Source: an uncultured bacterium
GTDB taxonomy: Bacteria; AUK180
Reading direction: 5' to 3'
Assembly: GCA_937863565.1 (NCBI GenBank)
Contig: CALMGJ010000038.1
Location: 1 to 64,000 of the forward strand
Length of the DNA: 64,000 nt
The translations under genes were made by a program, and so were the position numbers. A model generated the notes under the pieces. The model ran no database searches. It worked only from the letters and a program-made list of their open reading frames with translations, and was not told where the DNA came from. Within the stretch, counting starts at the first letter, position 1. The number at the start of each line of letters is the position of its first letter. Positions 1 through 10,294 of the stretch are shown piece by piece.

Positions 1-47
1 GCGGCAGGACCGTCGGCGCCGGCGTCGTGGCTAAGATCATAGAATAA
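1..47 (+). CDS. tuf: Elongation factor Tu, 3' end (partial)
   Basis: Frame from base 3 reads [14 protein letters not shown], the conserved EF-Tu C-terminus, directly upstream of rpsJ. Confidence 0.93.
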   Translation, partial: GRTVGAGVVAKIIE

Positions 48-60
48 TGCAGGTGTAGAA

Positions 61-390
61 ATGGACAGAGTCAGAATTTGTCTGAGCGCTTATGATTACA
101 GGATCCTTGATAAGACGGCGCAGTCGATCATCAAGGAAATCCGCAAGAATGAAGGCAAGATCGCGGGTCCGATTCCCCTTCCGACGAGGATATCGAGATA
201 CACGGTTCTGAGATCGCCCTTCGTCGACAAGAAATCCAGGGAGCAGTTCGAGATAAGGATACATAAAAGACTTATCGACATACTGGATTATACTCCGAAG
301 ACGGTCGAAGTGCTGAATAAACTCGTTCTTCCCGAAGGCGTAGACTTCAAGATCGACATCAAGTATAGAAAAGGAGCTGATGAAAAATGA
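61..390 (+). CDS. rpsJ: 30S ribosomal protein S10
   Basis: [23 protein letters not shown] and HKRLIDI motifs; first gene of the S10 operon. Confidence 0.98.
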   Translation: MDRVRICLSAYDYRILDKTAQSIIKEIRKNEGKIAGPIPLPTRISRYTVLRSPFVDKKSREQFEIRIHKRLIDILDYTPKTVEVLNKLVLPEGVDFKIDIKYRKGADEK

Positions 391-1052
391 AATTGGGAAT
401 AATCGGCACGAAAAAGGGAATGACGCAGATCTATAAGGACGGCGTCAAAATACCTGTGACTGTGATCCAGGTCGAACCCAATTTCGTGATCCAGGTAAAG
501 AAAAAGGAAAAGGAAGGCTATCAGTCCGTCCAGCTCGGTTCTCTGAAGAACAAGTGGTACAGAGGGACGAAGCCCGTACTAGTGCATGTCATGAAGGCAT
601 TCGGGATGAGCAATGAAGAGATCGAGAAAGAGATCGAAAAAAGGAATTCCGATAAGATCTTCACCTTCAGAGTGCTCAAAGAGTTCCTCTTTGACGACAC
701 TTCTGCCTTTAAACCCGGCGACGAGCTCGACATCACGAAATTCGGCGCGGGCGACAAAGTGACAATCTCCGGTACCTCGAAAGGACGCGGTTTCCAGGGC
801 GTTATGAAAAGATGGGGCGCCCACGGCGGTCCCGCCGCTCACGGAACCCATTTTCTGAGAAGGCCCGGCTCGATCGGTGCGTCCACCCCGTCACGGGTGG
901 CGAAGGGAAGACATATGCCCGGACATATGGGAGTGGACAAGGTAACGCTGCGGAACATACCCGTTGTGGATGTCCTGACCGACAAGAACATCATTCTTGT
1001 AAAGGGCGGCGTTCCCGGTCCCGTGAACGGCATCGTTTACCTGGAGAAATAA
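387..1052 (+). CDS. rplC: 50S ribosomal protein L3
   Basis: [22 protein letters not shown] and GRHMPGHMG motifs; operon position. Confidence 0.98.
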   Translation: MKLGIIGTKKGMTQIYKDGVKIPVTVIQVEPNFVIQVKKKEKEGYQSVQLGSLKNKWYRGTKPVLVHVMKAFGMSNEEIEKEIEKRNSDKIFTFRVLKEFLFDDTSAFKPGDELDITKFGAGDKVTISGTSKGRGFQGVMKRWGAHGGPAAHGTHFLRRPGSIGASTPSRVAKGRHMPGHMGVDKVTLRNIPVVDVLTDKNIILVKGGVPGPVNGIVYLEK

Positions 1053-1062
1053 GGGGCGTCTT

Positions 1063-1695
1063 ATGGCTGAAGTGAAAATAATCAACAAAGAAGGAAAGGA
1101 AGTCGGAACGCTGACGCTCAGCGACAGCGTTTTCAAGACCGAGATCAAAGAACACCTGATGCAGCTTGCGGTAAGAAGCTATCAGAATGCGAGAAGGTCC
1201 GGCACCGCTACGACAAAGGGCAAAGGCGAGATCATTGGATCCGGCCGCAAATTATATAAGCAGAAGGGCACGGGCAATGCAAGGTTCGGCCAGAAACGCA
1301 CGCCTATCAGAAGAGGCGGCGGAGTGGCTTTCCCGAAATATCTGAGGGACTTCTCGATCAAAATGAACAAGAAAGAGAAAAATTCCGCGCTGCTTTCAGC
1401 GCTTTCCCAAAGATTTGCGGATTTCATGGTGCTCAATGAGCTTAAGGTCGAGACCCCGAAAACCAAAGAGATTACCCAGCTTAAGAAGAAACTCTCTCTG
1501 CCGTTAAAGACCTTGATCGTCGTCAAAGAGCCCGATATCGGCATCGACCTTTCGGTAAGGAACATACCCGAGACGAAGTGGGTGTCCGAAGCCTATCTGA
1601 ATGTATACGACCTTCTCTATTTCGATAAGATCGTATTCACGCAGGACGCGATCCTCGGTCTCGAAAAGAGGTTGAAAAATGAAAAATTATCATGA
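1063..1695 (+). CDS. rplD: 50S ribosomal protein L4
   Basis: KQKGTGNAR, RGGG and LNVYDLL motifs; operon position. Confidence 0.97.
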   Translation: MAEVKIINKEGKEVGTLTLSDSVFKTEIKEHLMQLAVRSYQNARRSGTATTKGKGEIIGSGRKLYKQKGTGNARFGQKRTPIRRGGGVAFPKYLRDFSIKMNKKEKNSALLSALSQRFADFMVLNELKVETPKTKEITQLKKKLSLPLKTLIVVKEPDIGIDLSVRNIPETKWVSEAYLNVYDLLYFDKIVFTQDAILGLEKRLKNEKLS

Positions 1696-1969
1696 CATGA
1701 TCATTGAACCCGTTCTGGCCGAAAAAGCGGACAAGGTCAGGGATAAAGGCGTTTATGTCTTCAAAGTGGCGATGTCCGCGAATAAAAGCGAGATCAAAAA
1801 GGCGATCGAGCATATCTTCAAGGTTAAAGTGCAGAGCGTGAACATACTCATTCAGAAGGGCGAAGTGAAACGCGCCAAGTTCCGCTATAAAACCAAAACG
1901 GAAGATTTCAAAAAAGCGTATGTGAAGCTCGCGCCGAACAATACGATCCCGCTTTTTGAAGGAATATAG
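1679..1969 (+). CDS. rplW: 50S ribosomal protein L23
   Basis: ANKSEIKKAIE..F.VKV..VN and KKAYVKL motifs. Confidence 0.97.
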   Translation: MKNYHDMIIEPVLAEKADKVRDKGVYVFKVAMSANKSEIKKAIEHIFKVKVQSVNILIQKGEVKRAKFRYKTKTEDFKKAYVKLAPNNTIPLFEGI

Positions 1970-1978
1970 GAGCAGGAT

Positions 1979-2818
1979 ATGGGAATCAAACAGTATAAAC
2001 CCGTTACTCCGACCCGCAGATGGACCAAACTGGCCGATTTCACGGAAGTGACCCAGGAAAAACCGTACAAACCGCTGACCAAAGGCAAAAAACGCATAAG
2101 CGGAAGGAACAATCTCGGCCGGATCACACAGCGCAGACGCGGCGGCGGATCGAAGAGGCTTTATCGGGAAATAGATTTCAAAAGGGATAAATGGAACATA
2201 CCCGGGATCGTTGAAACGATAGAATACGACCCCAATAGAACGGCGAGAATAGCTCTTGTGAAGTATGTAGATGGCGAGAGAAGATACATCATCGCCCCGC
2301 ATGACATCCAGGTGGGGAACGAGATCATCGCCGGAGATAATGTTGCCCTGAAACCGGGCAACTGCACCTATCTTAAGAACATACCCGAAGGCACCCCGAT
2401 CCACAATATCGAGATCAATGTTAGGAAAGGGACATGCCAGCTGGTCAGAAGCGCCGGTTCGAGCGCCATGATAAAAGCCCGCGAAGGCGATATCGTCTTC
2501 ATCGAAATGCCGTCGAAGGAACTCAGAAAATTCGACTGCGGATGCAAGGCGACCATCGGCGTCGTATCGGTCCCCGATCATTCGAACATATCTTTAGGGA
2601 AAGCCGGACGTTCGAGATTCATGGGAAGAAGGCCCAAAGTAAGAGGCGTGGCCCAGAACGCGGTAGATCATCCCCACGGCGGCGGAAGAGGCAAGTCCAA
2701 AGGCTACAGGACGCCGGTCTCCCCGACGGGAGTTCCCGCCAAGGGTAAAAAGACGAGAAGGCCGAACAAATACTCCGACAGGCTTATCGTAAGAAGAAAG
2801 AATTCAAAAAGAGGATAA
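1979..2818 (+). CDS. rplB: 50S ribosomal protein L2
   Basis: GRNNLGRIT, EYDPNRTARIAL and VDHPHGGG motifs. Confidence 0.98.
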   Translation: MGIKQYKPVTPTRRWTKLADFTEVTQEKPYKPLTKGKKRISGRNNLGRITQRRRGGGSKRLYREIDFKRDKWNIPGIVETIEYDPNRTARIALVKYVDGERRYIIAPHDIQVGNEIIAGDNVALKPGNCTYLKNIPEGTPIHNIEINVRKGTCQLVRSAGSSAMIKAREGDIVFIEMPSKELRKFDCGCKATIGVVSVPDHSNISLGKAGRSRFMGRRPKVRGVAQNAVDHPHGGGRGKSKGYRTPVSPTGVPAKGKKTRRPNKYSDRLIVRRKNSKRG

Positions 2819-2821
2819 TGT

Positions 2822-3112
2822 ATGAGCAGATCTGTCAAGAAAGGCTATTTTGTGCACGATAAACTTTTAAAGAAAGTACAGACCGCCGCGAAGACCAAAG
2901 ACAATAAACCTATAAAGACCTGGTCAAGGGCGAGCATGATAATCCCCGATATGATAGGAATGACCTTTCAGGTGCATAACGGCAAGAAGTTCGTTTCAGT
3001 GTTCATAACGGAGAATATGGTCGGGCACCGCCTCGGTGAATTCGCCATGACCAGATACTTCAAATCGCACAGCGGCAAACTGGTCAAGAAAGTCGCCGCC
3101 GGCGGGAAGTAG
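2822..3112 (+). CDS. rpsS: 30S ribosomal protein S19
   Basis: [13 protein letters not shown] and [10 protein letters not shown] motifs. Confidence 0.98.
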   Translation: MSRSVKKGYFVHDKLLKKVQTAAKTKDNKPIKTWSRASMIIPDMIGMTFQVHNGKKFVSVFITENMVGHRLGEFAMTRYFKSHSGKLVKKVAAGGK

Positions 3113-3122
3113 GAGGAGCTGA

Positions 3123-3464
3123 ATGGAAGCAAAAGCCATTGCCAGGTACATAAGGCATTCCCCGGACAAAATGAGAAAGGTCTCCAACGGCATTTACGAG
3201 AACCATGCGGGGAACATTTCCGACGCGCTGAGCATTCTCAAGCTTCAAACCACACGGGCGGCGCGGGTGCTTGAAAAAGTGATGAAGAGCGCGCTTGCGA
3301 ACGCCTTGAAGAAGAACATGGATTCAAAGAAGATCAGGATCAAGTTCATAGAGATCAGCGAAGGCCCGGGCCTCAAGAGAATGCGGCCTCTCGGTATGGG
3401 AAGAGCGACGATCATCAAAAGAAGGACTTCCCATGTCAAGATCGTTTTAACGGATGAGAAATAG
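3123..3464 (+). CDS. rplV: 50S ribosomal protein L22
   Basis: SPDKMR, KSALANA and EGPGLKR..GRA..I.RRTSH motifs. Confidence 0.97.
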   Translation: MEAKAIARYIRHSPDKMRKVSNGIYENHAGNISDALSILKLQTTRAARVLEKVMKSALANALKKNMDSKKIRIKFIEISEGPGLKRMRPLGMGRATIIKRRTSHVKIVLTDEK

Positions 3465-3473
3465 GAGGAATAT

Positions 3474-4121
3474 GTGGGTCAAAAGGTAAATCCCGAAGGT
3501 TTTAGGACCGGCGTAATAAAGAATTGGCATTCCAGATGGTTCAATGAAAAGAACTATAAGGATTACATCATCCAGGAAAGGAAGATCGAGAAATATATTA
3601 GGCAGAACTACAAGGATGCCGGTATCGGCAAGATCTTCTTCGAGAGGAAAGGCTCGAAGCAGAATAAGGTCATTATCCATGTTCTCAAGCCCGCATTCGT
3701 CATCGGGCAGAAAGGCGCCGAGATCAAGAAACTCTCTAAAAAACTCACCGATCTATGCGGCGAGGAATACAAAGTGGATGTGTCCGAGATCATCGAACCG
3801 AACCTGGATTCGCACATCGTCGCCCAGACGATAGCCGCGCAGCTCGCCAGAAGAATGCACTTCAAAAGAGTCATAAAAAAAGCGGCTCTTGATACGATAT
3901 CCCGCGGCGCGAAAGGCATAAAAATAAGAATAGCCGGCCGTTTAGCCGGCGCGGAAATGGCGAGAATTGAGTGGGAAAGAAAAGGCAGGACCCCGCTTCA
4001 TACTCTCAGGGCGAACATCGAATACGCATACCTGCCTTCGGAGACGACATACGGCATCATCGGCGTCAAGGTGTGGATATACAAAGGCGACGTCAATACC
4101 GGTGTCGATCTGATAGATTAA
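3474..4121 (+). CDS. rpsC: 30S ribosomal protein S3
   Basis: GTG start; MGQKVNP, GRLAGAEMAR, PLHTLRA and YGIIGVKVWIYKG motifs. Confidence 0.98.
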   Translation: MGQKVNPEGFRTGVIKNWHSRWFNEKNYKDYIIQERKIEKYIRQNYKDAGIGKIFFERKGSKQNKVIIHVLKPAFVIGQKGAEIKKLSKKLTDLCGEEYKVDVSEIIEPNLDSHIVAQTIAAQLARRMHFKRVIKKAALDTISRGAKGIKIRIAGRLAGAEMARIEWERKGRTPLHTLRANIEYAYLPSETTYGIIGVKVWIYKGDVNTGVDLID

Positions 4122-4134
4122 TAGGGGATGAATT

Positions 4135-4539
4135 ATGTTGATGCCTAAAAGGACAAAATACAGGAAAATGCAGAAGGGGCGCATTAGAGGCCATGCCTCC
4201 CGCGGCGCGCGTGTCGCGTTCGGGGAGTTCGGGCTTCAGGCCAAAGAGCATGCCTTTATAACGGCCAATGAGATCGAGGCGGTCAGGGTCAACCTTAACA
4301 AGAAACTGAGAAAGGTCGGAAAGATCTGGATCAGGATATTCCCGCAGAAAGTGCTCTGCAAGAAACCCATCGAAACAAGAATGGGGAAGGGAAAGGGCAA
4401 CCCTGAATTCTGGGTGGCTGCGGTTAAACCCGGACATGTGCTCTTCGAGATCAGCGGCGTGCCGGAAACGGAAGCCAAGACCATCCTCAGGGAAGCCGCG
4501 CATAAGATCGGCGTCCGCACCGGATTTATAACGAGGTAA
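4135..4539 (+). CDS. rplP: 50S ribosomal protein L16
   Basis: MLMPKRTKYRK and ETRMGKGKGNPEFWVA motifs. Confidence 0.98.
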   Translation: MLMPKRTKYRKMQKGRIRGHASRGARVAFGEFGLQAKEHAFITANEIEAVRVNLNKKLRKVGKIWIRIFPQKVLCKKPIETRMGKGKGNPEFWVAAVKPGHVLFEISGVPETEAKTILREAAHKIGVRTGFITR

Positions 4540-4739
4540 TGATGAAAACAACAGAAATAAAATCAATGTCGGTCGAAGAGATCAAACACAAACTCGTCGA
4601 ACTTAAAACCTCTCTCATGCAGATGAGGTTCCAGAAGAAGATCGGCCAGCTTACCGATACGAGTAAATTCTCTACGACGAAGAAGGACATAGCGAGGCTG
4701 ATGACCATGTTAACGGAGAAGGAAAATGGAAAAAAGTAA
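4539..4739 (+). CDS. rpmC: 50S ribosomal protein L29
   Basis: RFQ...GQL and KKDIARLMT motifs; operon position. Confidence 0.95.
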   Translation: MMKTTEIKSMSVEEIKHKLVELKTSLMQMRFQKKIGQLTDTSKFSTTKKDIARLMTMLTEKENGKK

Positions 4740-4983
4740 CCGCAAGATACTCAAGGGGACCGTTGTTTCCAGCAAGATGACGAAAGCGGTCGTCGTGAAG
4801 GTGGAAGTGAGAAAACTCCATCCCAAGTTCAAGAAGTATTTCAAGGTCGCCAAGAAATATTATGCCAGGGACGAGAAGGGCGAATGCAAGGTCGGCGATG
4901 TGGTGGAGATAGTTGAAACGAGACCCCTTTCGAAATTGATCAGATGGCGAGTCCGCGAAGTGGTTAAAAGCGCCGTATTGTAG
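4726..4983 (+). CDS. rpsQ: 30S ribosomal protein S17
   Basis: GTVVSSKMTK, HPKFKK and GDVVEIVETRPLSK motifs. Confidence 0.97.
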   Translation: MEKSNRKILKGTVVSSKMTKAVVVKVEVRKLHPKFKKYFKVAKKYYARDEKGECKVGDVVEIVETRPLSKLIRWRVREVVKSAVL

Positions 4984-4992
4984 GAGATCCAG

Positions 4993-5364
4993 ATGATACA
5001 GAGAAATACAGTGGTTAATGTCGTTGACAATTCCGGCATCAAGAAGGCCGCGGTTATCGGCTTCTTCGGGTCTAATAAGACCGTTGCCACGGTCGGCGAC
5101 ATAGTGAAGATCACCGTGAAAAAAGTACTGCCCAATACGAACTTCAAAAAGGGCGACAAGGTTAATGCGGTCATCGTCCGTGTCTCGAAAGAGATCGGGC
5201 GGCCTGACGGAACATATATCAGGTTCGACGATAACGGCGTTGTGGTGATCGACGAACAGAACAATCCCAGGGGAACGAGGATCTTCGGCCCCGTCGCGAG
5301 AGAGCTCAGGACGGGAAAGATCAAATTTCTGAAGATCGTTTCGCTAGCCCCGGAAGTATGGTAG
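4993..5364 (+). CDS. rplN: 50S ribosomal protein L14
   Basis: [31 protein letters not shown] and SLAPEV motifs. Confidence 0.98.
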   Translation: MIQRNTVVNVVDNSGIKKAAVIGFFGSNKTVATVGDIVKITVKKVLPNTNFKKGDKVNAVIVRVSKEIGRPDGTYIRFDDNGVVVIDEQNNPRGTRIFGPVARELRTGKIKFLKIVSLAPEVW

Positions 5365-5373
5365 GAGACGGGA

Positions 5374-5697
5374 ATGAGCAATCGCGTAAAAAAAGGTGAC
5401 ATTGTCTTCGTTCGGACCGGAAAGAGCAAAGGCAAGATAGGCAAAGTGCTGAAGATCATGAGGAAGGACGGCAGGGTAGTAGTCGAGGGCGTAAATCTCG
5501 TAAAAAAGGCCACTAAAGCCAACCCTAACGAGAACAAACCCGGCGGCATCATCGAGGAACCCGCGCCCTTGAACCTCTCCAATGTCATGCCCTACTGCAA
5601 TGCCTGCCATACCGGAGTGCGTGTAAAATCCGAAAGATCGAGCGGTAAATCCATACGCAAATGCGCCAAATGCTCCGCCGTTCTGGAATATAAATAA
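5374..5697 (+). CDS. rplX: 50S ribosomal protein L24 (with CxxC..CxxC)
   Basis: KKGD.V.V..GK.KGK.GKV, VEGVN and GGIIE motifs; C-terminal CNAC/CAKC. Confidence 0.97.
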   Translation: MSNRVKKGDIVFVRTGKSKGKIGKVLKIMRKDGRVVVEGVNLVKKATKANPNENKPGGIIEEPAPLNLSNVMPYCNACHTGVRVKSERSSGKSIRKCAKCSAVLEYK

Positions 5698-5707
5698 GAG
5701 GTAGAAC

Positions 5708-6256
5708 ATGGAAAAGCCCAGAATGCAGGTGAAATATGAAAAGGAAGTGAGGAAAAGCCTCGCGGACAAATTCAAATACAAGAACTTGATGCAGATCCCG
5801 AGGATCACGAAAGTAGTCCTCAATATCGGCGTCGGCGACGCCACCAAGGATTATAAGCTCCTGGAAATGGCCGTAGCGGACCTTCAGACGATAACGGGAA
5901 GAAAACCCCGTATCAACCGTTCCAAGAAGGCAATCGCGAATTTCAAACTCCGCGAAAACCTGCCCATCGGCACCTCGGTGACCCTGAGAAGATACATTAT
6001 GTGGGAGTTCATCGACAGGTTCGTAAGCGTGGCCTCACCGAGAATCAAGGACTTCAAAGGCTTCAGCCCCAACAAGTTCGACGGCCGCGGCAATTACAAT
6101 ATAAGCTTGCGGGAGCAGTTCATTTTCCCCGAGATCGATATGGACAAGGTCCAGACCATCCGCGGAATGAACATAACGTTCACGACAACGGCCAAGACCG
6201 ACGAAGAGGCAAAACACCTTCTGTCGGAACTTGGGTTCCCGTTCAGCAAGAAATAA
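5708..6256 (+). CDS. rplE: 50S ribosomal protein L5
   Basis: [14 protein letters not shown] and FDGRGNY..FPEI motifs. Confidence 0.98.
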   Translation: MEKPRMQVKYEKEVRKSLADKFKYKNLMQIPRITKVVLNIGVGDATKDYKLLEMAVADLQTITGRKPRINRSKKAIANFKLRENLPIGTSVTLRRYIMWEFIDRFVSVASPRIKDFKGFSPNKFDGRGNYNISLREQFIFPEIDMDKVQTIRGMNITFTTTAKTDEEAKHLLSELGFPFSKK

Positions 6257-6267
6257 AGGAGGCTCAA

Positions 6268-6453
6268 TTGGCTAGGAAGGCATTGATAGAAAGGCAGAAG
6301 CAACAGCCTAAATTTAAAGTGAAATTCCACAACAGATGTCCCATATGCGGAAGATCGAGAGGTTTTCTGAGAAGATTCAATATGTGCAGGATCTGCTTCA
6401 GGGAACTGGCCGGCGAAGGAAAAGTGCCGGGCGTAAGAAAATCTTCCTGGTAA
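6268..6453 (+). CDS. rpsZ: 30S ribosomal protein S14, zinc-binding (type Z), 61 aa
   Basis: TTG start after [37 protein letters not shown]. Confidence 0.96.
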   Translation: MARKALIERQKQQPKFKVKFHNRCPICGRSRGFLRRFNMCRICFRELAGEGKVPGVRKSSW

Positions 6454-6464
6454 GGAGGTTGACC

Positions 6465-6866
6465 ATGGTAATGACGGATCCTATAGCGGAACTACTCACA
6501 AGGATAAGAAATGCGATCGGCGCGGATCAGAGGTCGATTGAACTCGGCTATTCCCGCACGAAAGAGAACATCGTGAAGATCCTGAAAAAGGAAGGATATA
6601 TATCCGATTATACGATCGGCGATATAACCGATAAGAAGAAGAAACTCGTCCTTTTCCTCAGATACGATGAAACTCATAAGAACATCATCACCGGACTGGT
6701 GAGAGTGAGCAAGCCCGGAAGAAGAATTTATTCGGGCTATAAAGAAATACCCAGGGTGCTCAACGGATTTGGCGTGGCGATCGTCTCGACCTCCAAAGGC
6801 ATTCTGACAGACAGGGAATGCCGCGTGAAAAAGATCGGCGGCGAAGTCCTCTGTTATATCTGGTAA
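6465..6866 (+). CDS. rpsH: 30S ribosomal protein S8
   Basis: ATG after AGGAGG; TDPIAELLTRIRNA, RVSKPGRRIY and STSKG..GGEV motifs. Confidence 0.98.
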   Translation: MVMTDPIAELLTRIRNAIGADQRSIELGYSRTKENIVKILKKEGYISDYTIGDITDKKKKLVLFLRYDETHKNIITGLVRVSKPGRRIYSGYKEIPRVLNGFGVAIVSTSKGILTDRECRVKKIGGEVLCYIW

Positions 6867-6878
6867 GAGAGGTGTGCC

Positions 6879-7415
6879 ATGTCTAAGATAGGAAGGATGC
6901 CTGTCGCTGTGCCGAAGGACTGTAAAGTGGATGTCTCGGTGCACGACATTAAGGTCAAAGGCCCCAAGGGCGAACTTCATTTCAAGATCCCCGGCGATAT
7001 CACGGTCAAGCTCGAAGGAGCGAACCTCATGGTATCCAGAGCGAATGAGGAGAAGCCCACGAAGGCCAAGCACGGCCTTACTCGCGCGATGATCCGCAAT
7101 ATGATCGAAGGCGTGACCAAGGGATACGAAAAGCGCATAACGCTGAACTGGAAGGGCGGAAAGATGGATGTTGTCGGCGGCAAATTCGACATGAACGTCA
7201 ATTTCATCAAAAAGAATTTCGCGCCCCCTAAAGGCATAACGATAGTTAAAGAAAAAGGCGATGTGATAGTGATTTCCGGAATAGACAGACAGCTGGTCGG
7301 CGAAGTAGCCGCGAAGATCAGATCGTTCCTGCCTGCGGACCCGTATAAGGCCAAAGGACTCAAATACGATTATGAAGTGATCAAGCTCAAACCCGGAAAG
7401 AGCGCGGCCAAATAA
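6879..7415 (+). CDS. rplF: 50S ribosomal protein L6 (divergent central motif)
   Basis: MSKIG, VKGPKGEL, HGLTRA..NMIEGVTKG and PYKAKG motifs. Confidence 0.97.
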   Translation: MSKIGRMPVAVPKDCKVDVSVHDIKVKGPKGELHFKIPGDITVKLEGANLMVSRANEEKPTKAKHGLTRAMIRNMIEGVTKGYEKRITLNWKGGKMDVVGGKFDMNVNFIKKNFAPPKGITIVKEKGDVIVISGIDRQLVGEVAAKIRSFLPADPYKAKGLKYDYEVIKLKPGKSAAK

Positions 7416-7424
7416 GAGGGAGAT

Positions 7425-7778
7425 ATGAGACAGGAAAGAAGACAGAAAAGGAAAATGCATATAAAAAAGACGGTGACCGGCACGACCGATAAACCGAGAC
7501 TCTGCGTTTACAAGAGCCTGAAGAACATCTTCGTGCAGCTCATAGATGACTCGACCAGCAAAGTGATCCTTGGATGCTCGTCGCTCACCAAAGAAATCAA
7601 GGATTCGGTTAAATACGGCGGGAATATCGCGGCGGCTAAAGTTGTCGGGAAAAAGGTCGCCGAACTTTGCATCGAGAAGGGCATCAAGTCGATAGTTTTC
7701 GACAGGAACGGGTTCAAATATCACGGCCGTGTGAAAGCGCTGGCGGATTCCGCGCGCGAGAACGGCCTACAATTTTAA
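7425..7778 (+). CDS. rplR: 50S ribosomal protein L18
   Basis: PRLCVYKS and VFDRNGFKYHGRVKALADSARENGL motifs. Confidence 0.98.
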   Translation: MRQERRQKRKMHIKKTVTGTTDKPRLCVYKSLKNIFVQLIDDSTSKVILGCSSLTKEIKDSVKYGGNIAAAKVVGKKVAELCIEKGIKSIVFDRNGFKYHGRVKALADSARENGLQF

Positions 7779-7789
7779 GGGAGTATGAT

Positions 7790-8311
7790 ATGGCAGCGTT
7801 CAATGATATAGTCAAAGAATACGAAGAAAAAATAATCAAGATAAGCAGGGTAGCAAAGGTTCTCAAGGGCGGAAGAAAATTCTCTTTCAACTGCCTCATG
7901 GCTGTTGGCGATTTTAAAGGCAAGATAGGACTCGGGTTCGGTAAGGCCAATGAAACTTCGGATGCCATGAAAAAGGCTTCCAATGACGGGAAGAAGAACT
8001 TCGTGAACATACCTATAAACGATGAAGGCACGATACCTTTTGAAGTGATGGGCAAATGGGGGAACGCAAGGATACTGCTGAAACCCGCCCAGCCCGGAAG
8101 CGGCATCATTGCAGGCGGTTCCGCCAGAGTGATCCTTGAGGTTAGCGGAATAAGGAATATAGTCACGAAATCCCTGACGAGCGGTTCCCAGCTTAACCTC
8201 GCCCGCGCAACGATGGATGCCCTGAAGCAGGTATCGAAGATATACAAGAAGTGGCAGATCAGGCAGACATTCAAAGAAGTGAGGTCGGACAATGAAGAAA
8301 ATAAGAGTTAG
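7790..8311 (+). CDS. rpsE: 30S ribosomal protein S5
   Basis: ATG after GGAG; RVAKVLKGGRKFSF and LLKPA.PGSGIIAGG motifs. Confidence 0.97.
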   Translation: MAAFNDIVKEYEEKIIKISRVAKVLKGGRKFSFNCLMAVGDFKGKIGLGFGKANETSDAMKKASNDGKKNFVNIPINDEGTIPFEVMGKWGNARILLKPAQPGSGIIAGGSARVILEVSGIRNIVTKSLTSGSQLNLARATMDALKQVSKIYKKWQIRQTFKEVRSDNEENKS

Positions 8312-8489
8312 GATGACGGGCAGCCGCATCAGGGAAAAACCCGTAACTAAAAAAGTGATGGATTCCCTCGGTCTAAAAAGGATCGGCACCGTGAGGGAAT
8401 ATCCCTACAACGAATCGGTCATGGGAATGATCAAAAAGGTCATCCATCTCGTCAGCTATGAGATAATCGAAACGGAGGCGAAGAAATGA
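8292..8489 (+). CDS. rpmD: 50S ribosomal protein L30
   Basis: SLGLKRIG and [10 protein letters not shown] motifs; operon position. Confidence 0.95.
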   Translation: MKKIRVRMTGSRIREKPVTKKVMDSLGLKRIGTVREYPYNESVMGMIKKVIHLVSYEIIETEAKK

Positions 8490-8974
8490 GGCTTAATGAT
8501 CTTAAAATACCTGCCGGCTCCCGCAAAGTAGGCAAAAGAGTGGGCCGCGGCCCCGGTTCAGGTCTCGGAAAAACATCCGGGCGCGGCAATAAAGGCGCTA
8601 AATCAAGATCCGGATATACAAAGAAGATAGGCTTCTCGGGCGGCGCAATGCCCATTCTGAGAAGGATCCCGAAAAGGGGCATGTCGAAAGGTTCCAAGCA
8701 GAACATGATGAGAAACCTCAGAACGGAATACTTTGTTCTGAAAACATCTTTTTTCAACAGGTTCGAGACCGGTTCCGTGATCAACGAGGAATATCTCCTT
8801 AAGAACAATGTCATCCGGCCCTCTATGATAAAGAAGATCAAGATCCTGTCCGACGGAAAACTCGAGAAGAAGATCATCTTCTCAGATGAATTCATGTTCT
8901 CCGGGAATGCCGTAAAGGAGATCGAATCCAAAGGCGGTTCGTTCGCCGTCGGCGAGAAGGATAAAAAGGAGTAA
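8486..8974 (+). CDS. rplO: 50S ribosomal protein L15
   Basis: [17 protein letters not shown] and GG.MP..RRIPKRG motifs. Confidence 0.97.
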   Translation: MRLNDLKIPAGSRKVGKRVGRGPGSGLGKTSGRGNKGAKSRSGYTKKIGFSGGAMPILRRIPKRGMSKGSKQNMMRNLRTEYFVLKTSFFNRFETGSVINEEYLLKNNVIRPSMIKKIKILSDGKLEKKIIFSDEFMFSGNAVKEIESKGGSFAVGEKDKKE

Positions 8975-8977
8975 TAC

Positions 8978-10294
8978 ATGCTGAAAGGCTTCCAAAACAT
9001 ATTCAAGGTCAAAGAACTATCGCAGAAGATGCTCATCACCTTCCTTCTGCTACTGGTCTACAGACTGGGAAAACATATCCCGATGCCCGGCCTGGACGCC
9101 AAAGAGATCATCGATTTCATGGCGCGCCAGACGCAAGGTACGCTTCTGTCCCTTTATGATATGTTCACCGGAGGAGCCTTCTCTCATGTGACGCTTTTTG
9201 CTCTCGGCATCATGCCGTACATCACATCCTCGATCATCATCCAGATGCTCGTCTATGTCATCCCCGAATTCAAGAAACTCCACGATGAAGGGGAGAGGGG
9301 ACATAAGGTGCTTACGCAGTACACGCGCTACGGAACGATACTGATCTGCATCCTGCAGTCCATCGCATATGCCGTCTGGATCAGGAACCTGAATCTGCAG
9401 CAGGGGCAGGGGATAATCACGATAGACCCCGGCCTGTTCACTTTTGTGGCCATCCTCACATTCACAACCGGCACCGTATTTCTCATGTGGCTCGGCGAAA
9501 CGATCACGGAAGTGGGGATAGGGAACGGCATTTCGCTGATAATCCTTGTAGGCATCATCGCGAGGATCATACCCGATACGGGCCAGCTCGCCGCCAAAGG
9601 CGCCATCAGCATCATGCAGATCGTGCTTCTTGTCGTCATAATCTTCATCGTTACCGCGGCATCCGTGCTGCTGACGCTCGGCGCCAGAAAAATACCCATC
9701 ATGTACCCGAAAAGGATTCAGGGCAGGAAGATCGTGCAGGGAGCAAGGAATTATCTTCCACTCCGGATCAATTCCGCGAGCGTTATCCCCGTTATTTTCG
9801 CGCAGTCCGTTCTTATGATACCGGCCACCGTGCAGATGGTCATCAAGAATGAAGCGGTGCATACCTTCATCCAGAAATGGATGGGTCCCACAACCCCGCT
9901 TTACATAGTGCTCTACTTCATACTGACCGTGCTGTTCACGTTCTTCTACACGGCCATTACGTTCAATCCCGAAGATGTTGCCGACAATCTCCAGAAATAC
10001 GGCGGCTTCATCCAGGGTAAAAGGCCCGGCAAGGTCACGGCGGATTTCCTATCGACTGTTCTGAACAGGATCACTTTCATCGGCGGGCTTATGCTCGCGA
10101 TCATCGCCGTTCTTCCTCAGATCATAATGCAGATATTCGATCTTCAGGGGGAACTGGCAATGCTTTTCGGCGGAACATCTCTTCTGATCATAGTCGGCGT
10201 GGTCCTCGATACGGCTCAGCAGATCGAAGGCCAGCTGATCATGCGGCATTATGAGGGATTTTCGAAAAGAAGGATCAAGTCAAGGCACATTTAA
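8978..10294 (+). CDS. secY: Preprotein translocase subunit SecY
   Basis: FALGIMPYITSSII, GIGNGISLII, RPGK.T and FGGTSLLIIVGV motifs. Confidence 0.99.
   Translation: MLKGFQNIFKVKELSQKMLITFLLLLVYRLGKHIPMPGLDAKEIIDFMARQTQGTLLSLYDMFTGGAFSHVTLFALGIMPYITSSIIIQMLVYVIPEFKKLHDEGERGHKVLTQYTRYGTILICILQSIAYAVWIRNLNLQQGQGIITIDPGLFTFVAILTFTTGTVFLMWLGETITEVGIGNGISLIILVGIIARIIPDTGQLAAKGAISIMQIVLLVVIIFIVTAASVLLTLGARKIPIMYPKRIQGRKIVQGARNYLPLRINSASVIPVIFAQSVLMIPATVQMVIKNEAVHTFIQKWMGPTTPLYIVLYFILTVLFTFFYTAITFNPEDVADNLQKYGGFIQGKRPGKVTADFLSTVLNRITFIGGLMLAIIAVLPQIIMQIFDLQGELAMLFGGTSLLIIVGVVLDTAQQIEGQLIMRHYEGFSKRRIKSRHI

Noticed and set aside
6001-6267. Long upstream extensions in the track for S14 (also S8, S5, IF-1, RuvA, DUF59, DegP and island paralog 3)
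   Set aside because: Downstream starts with SD or stop-start overlaps give family-typical lengths.
6492-7724. 410-aa minus-strand ORF and similar antisense ORFs (1637-2581, 9050-9862, 13816-14619, 45408-46169)
   Set aside because: They lie opposite well-conserved genes and translate to no recognisable protein.
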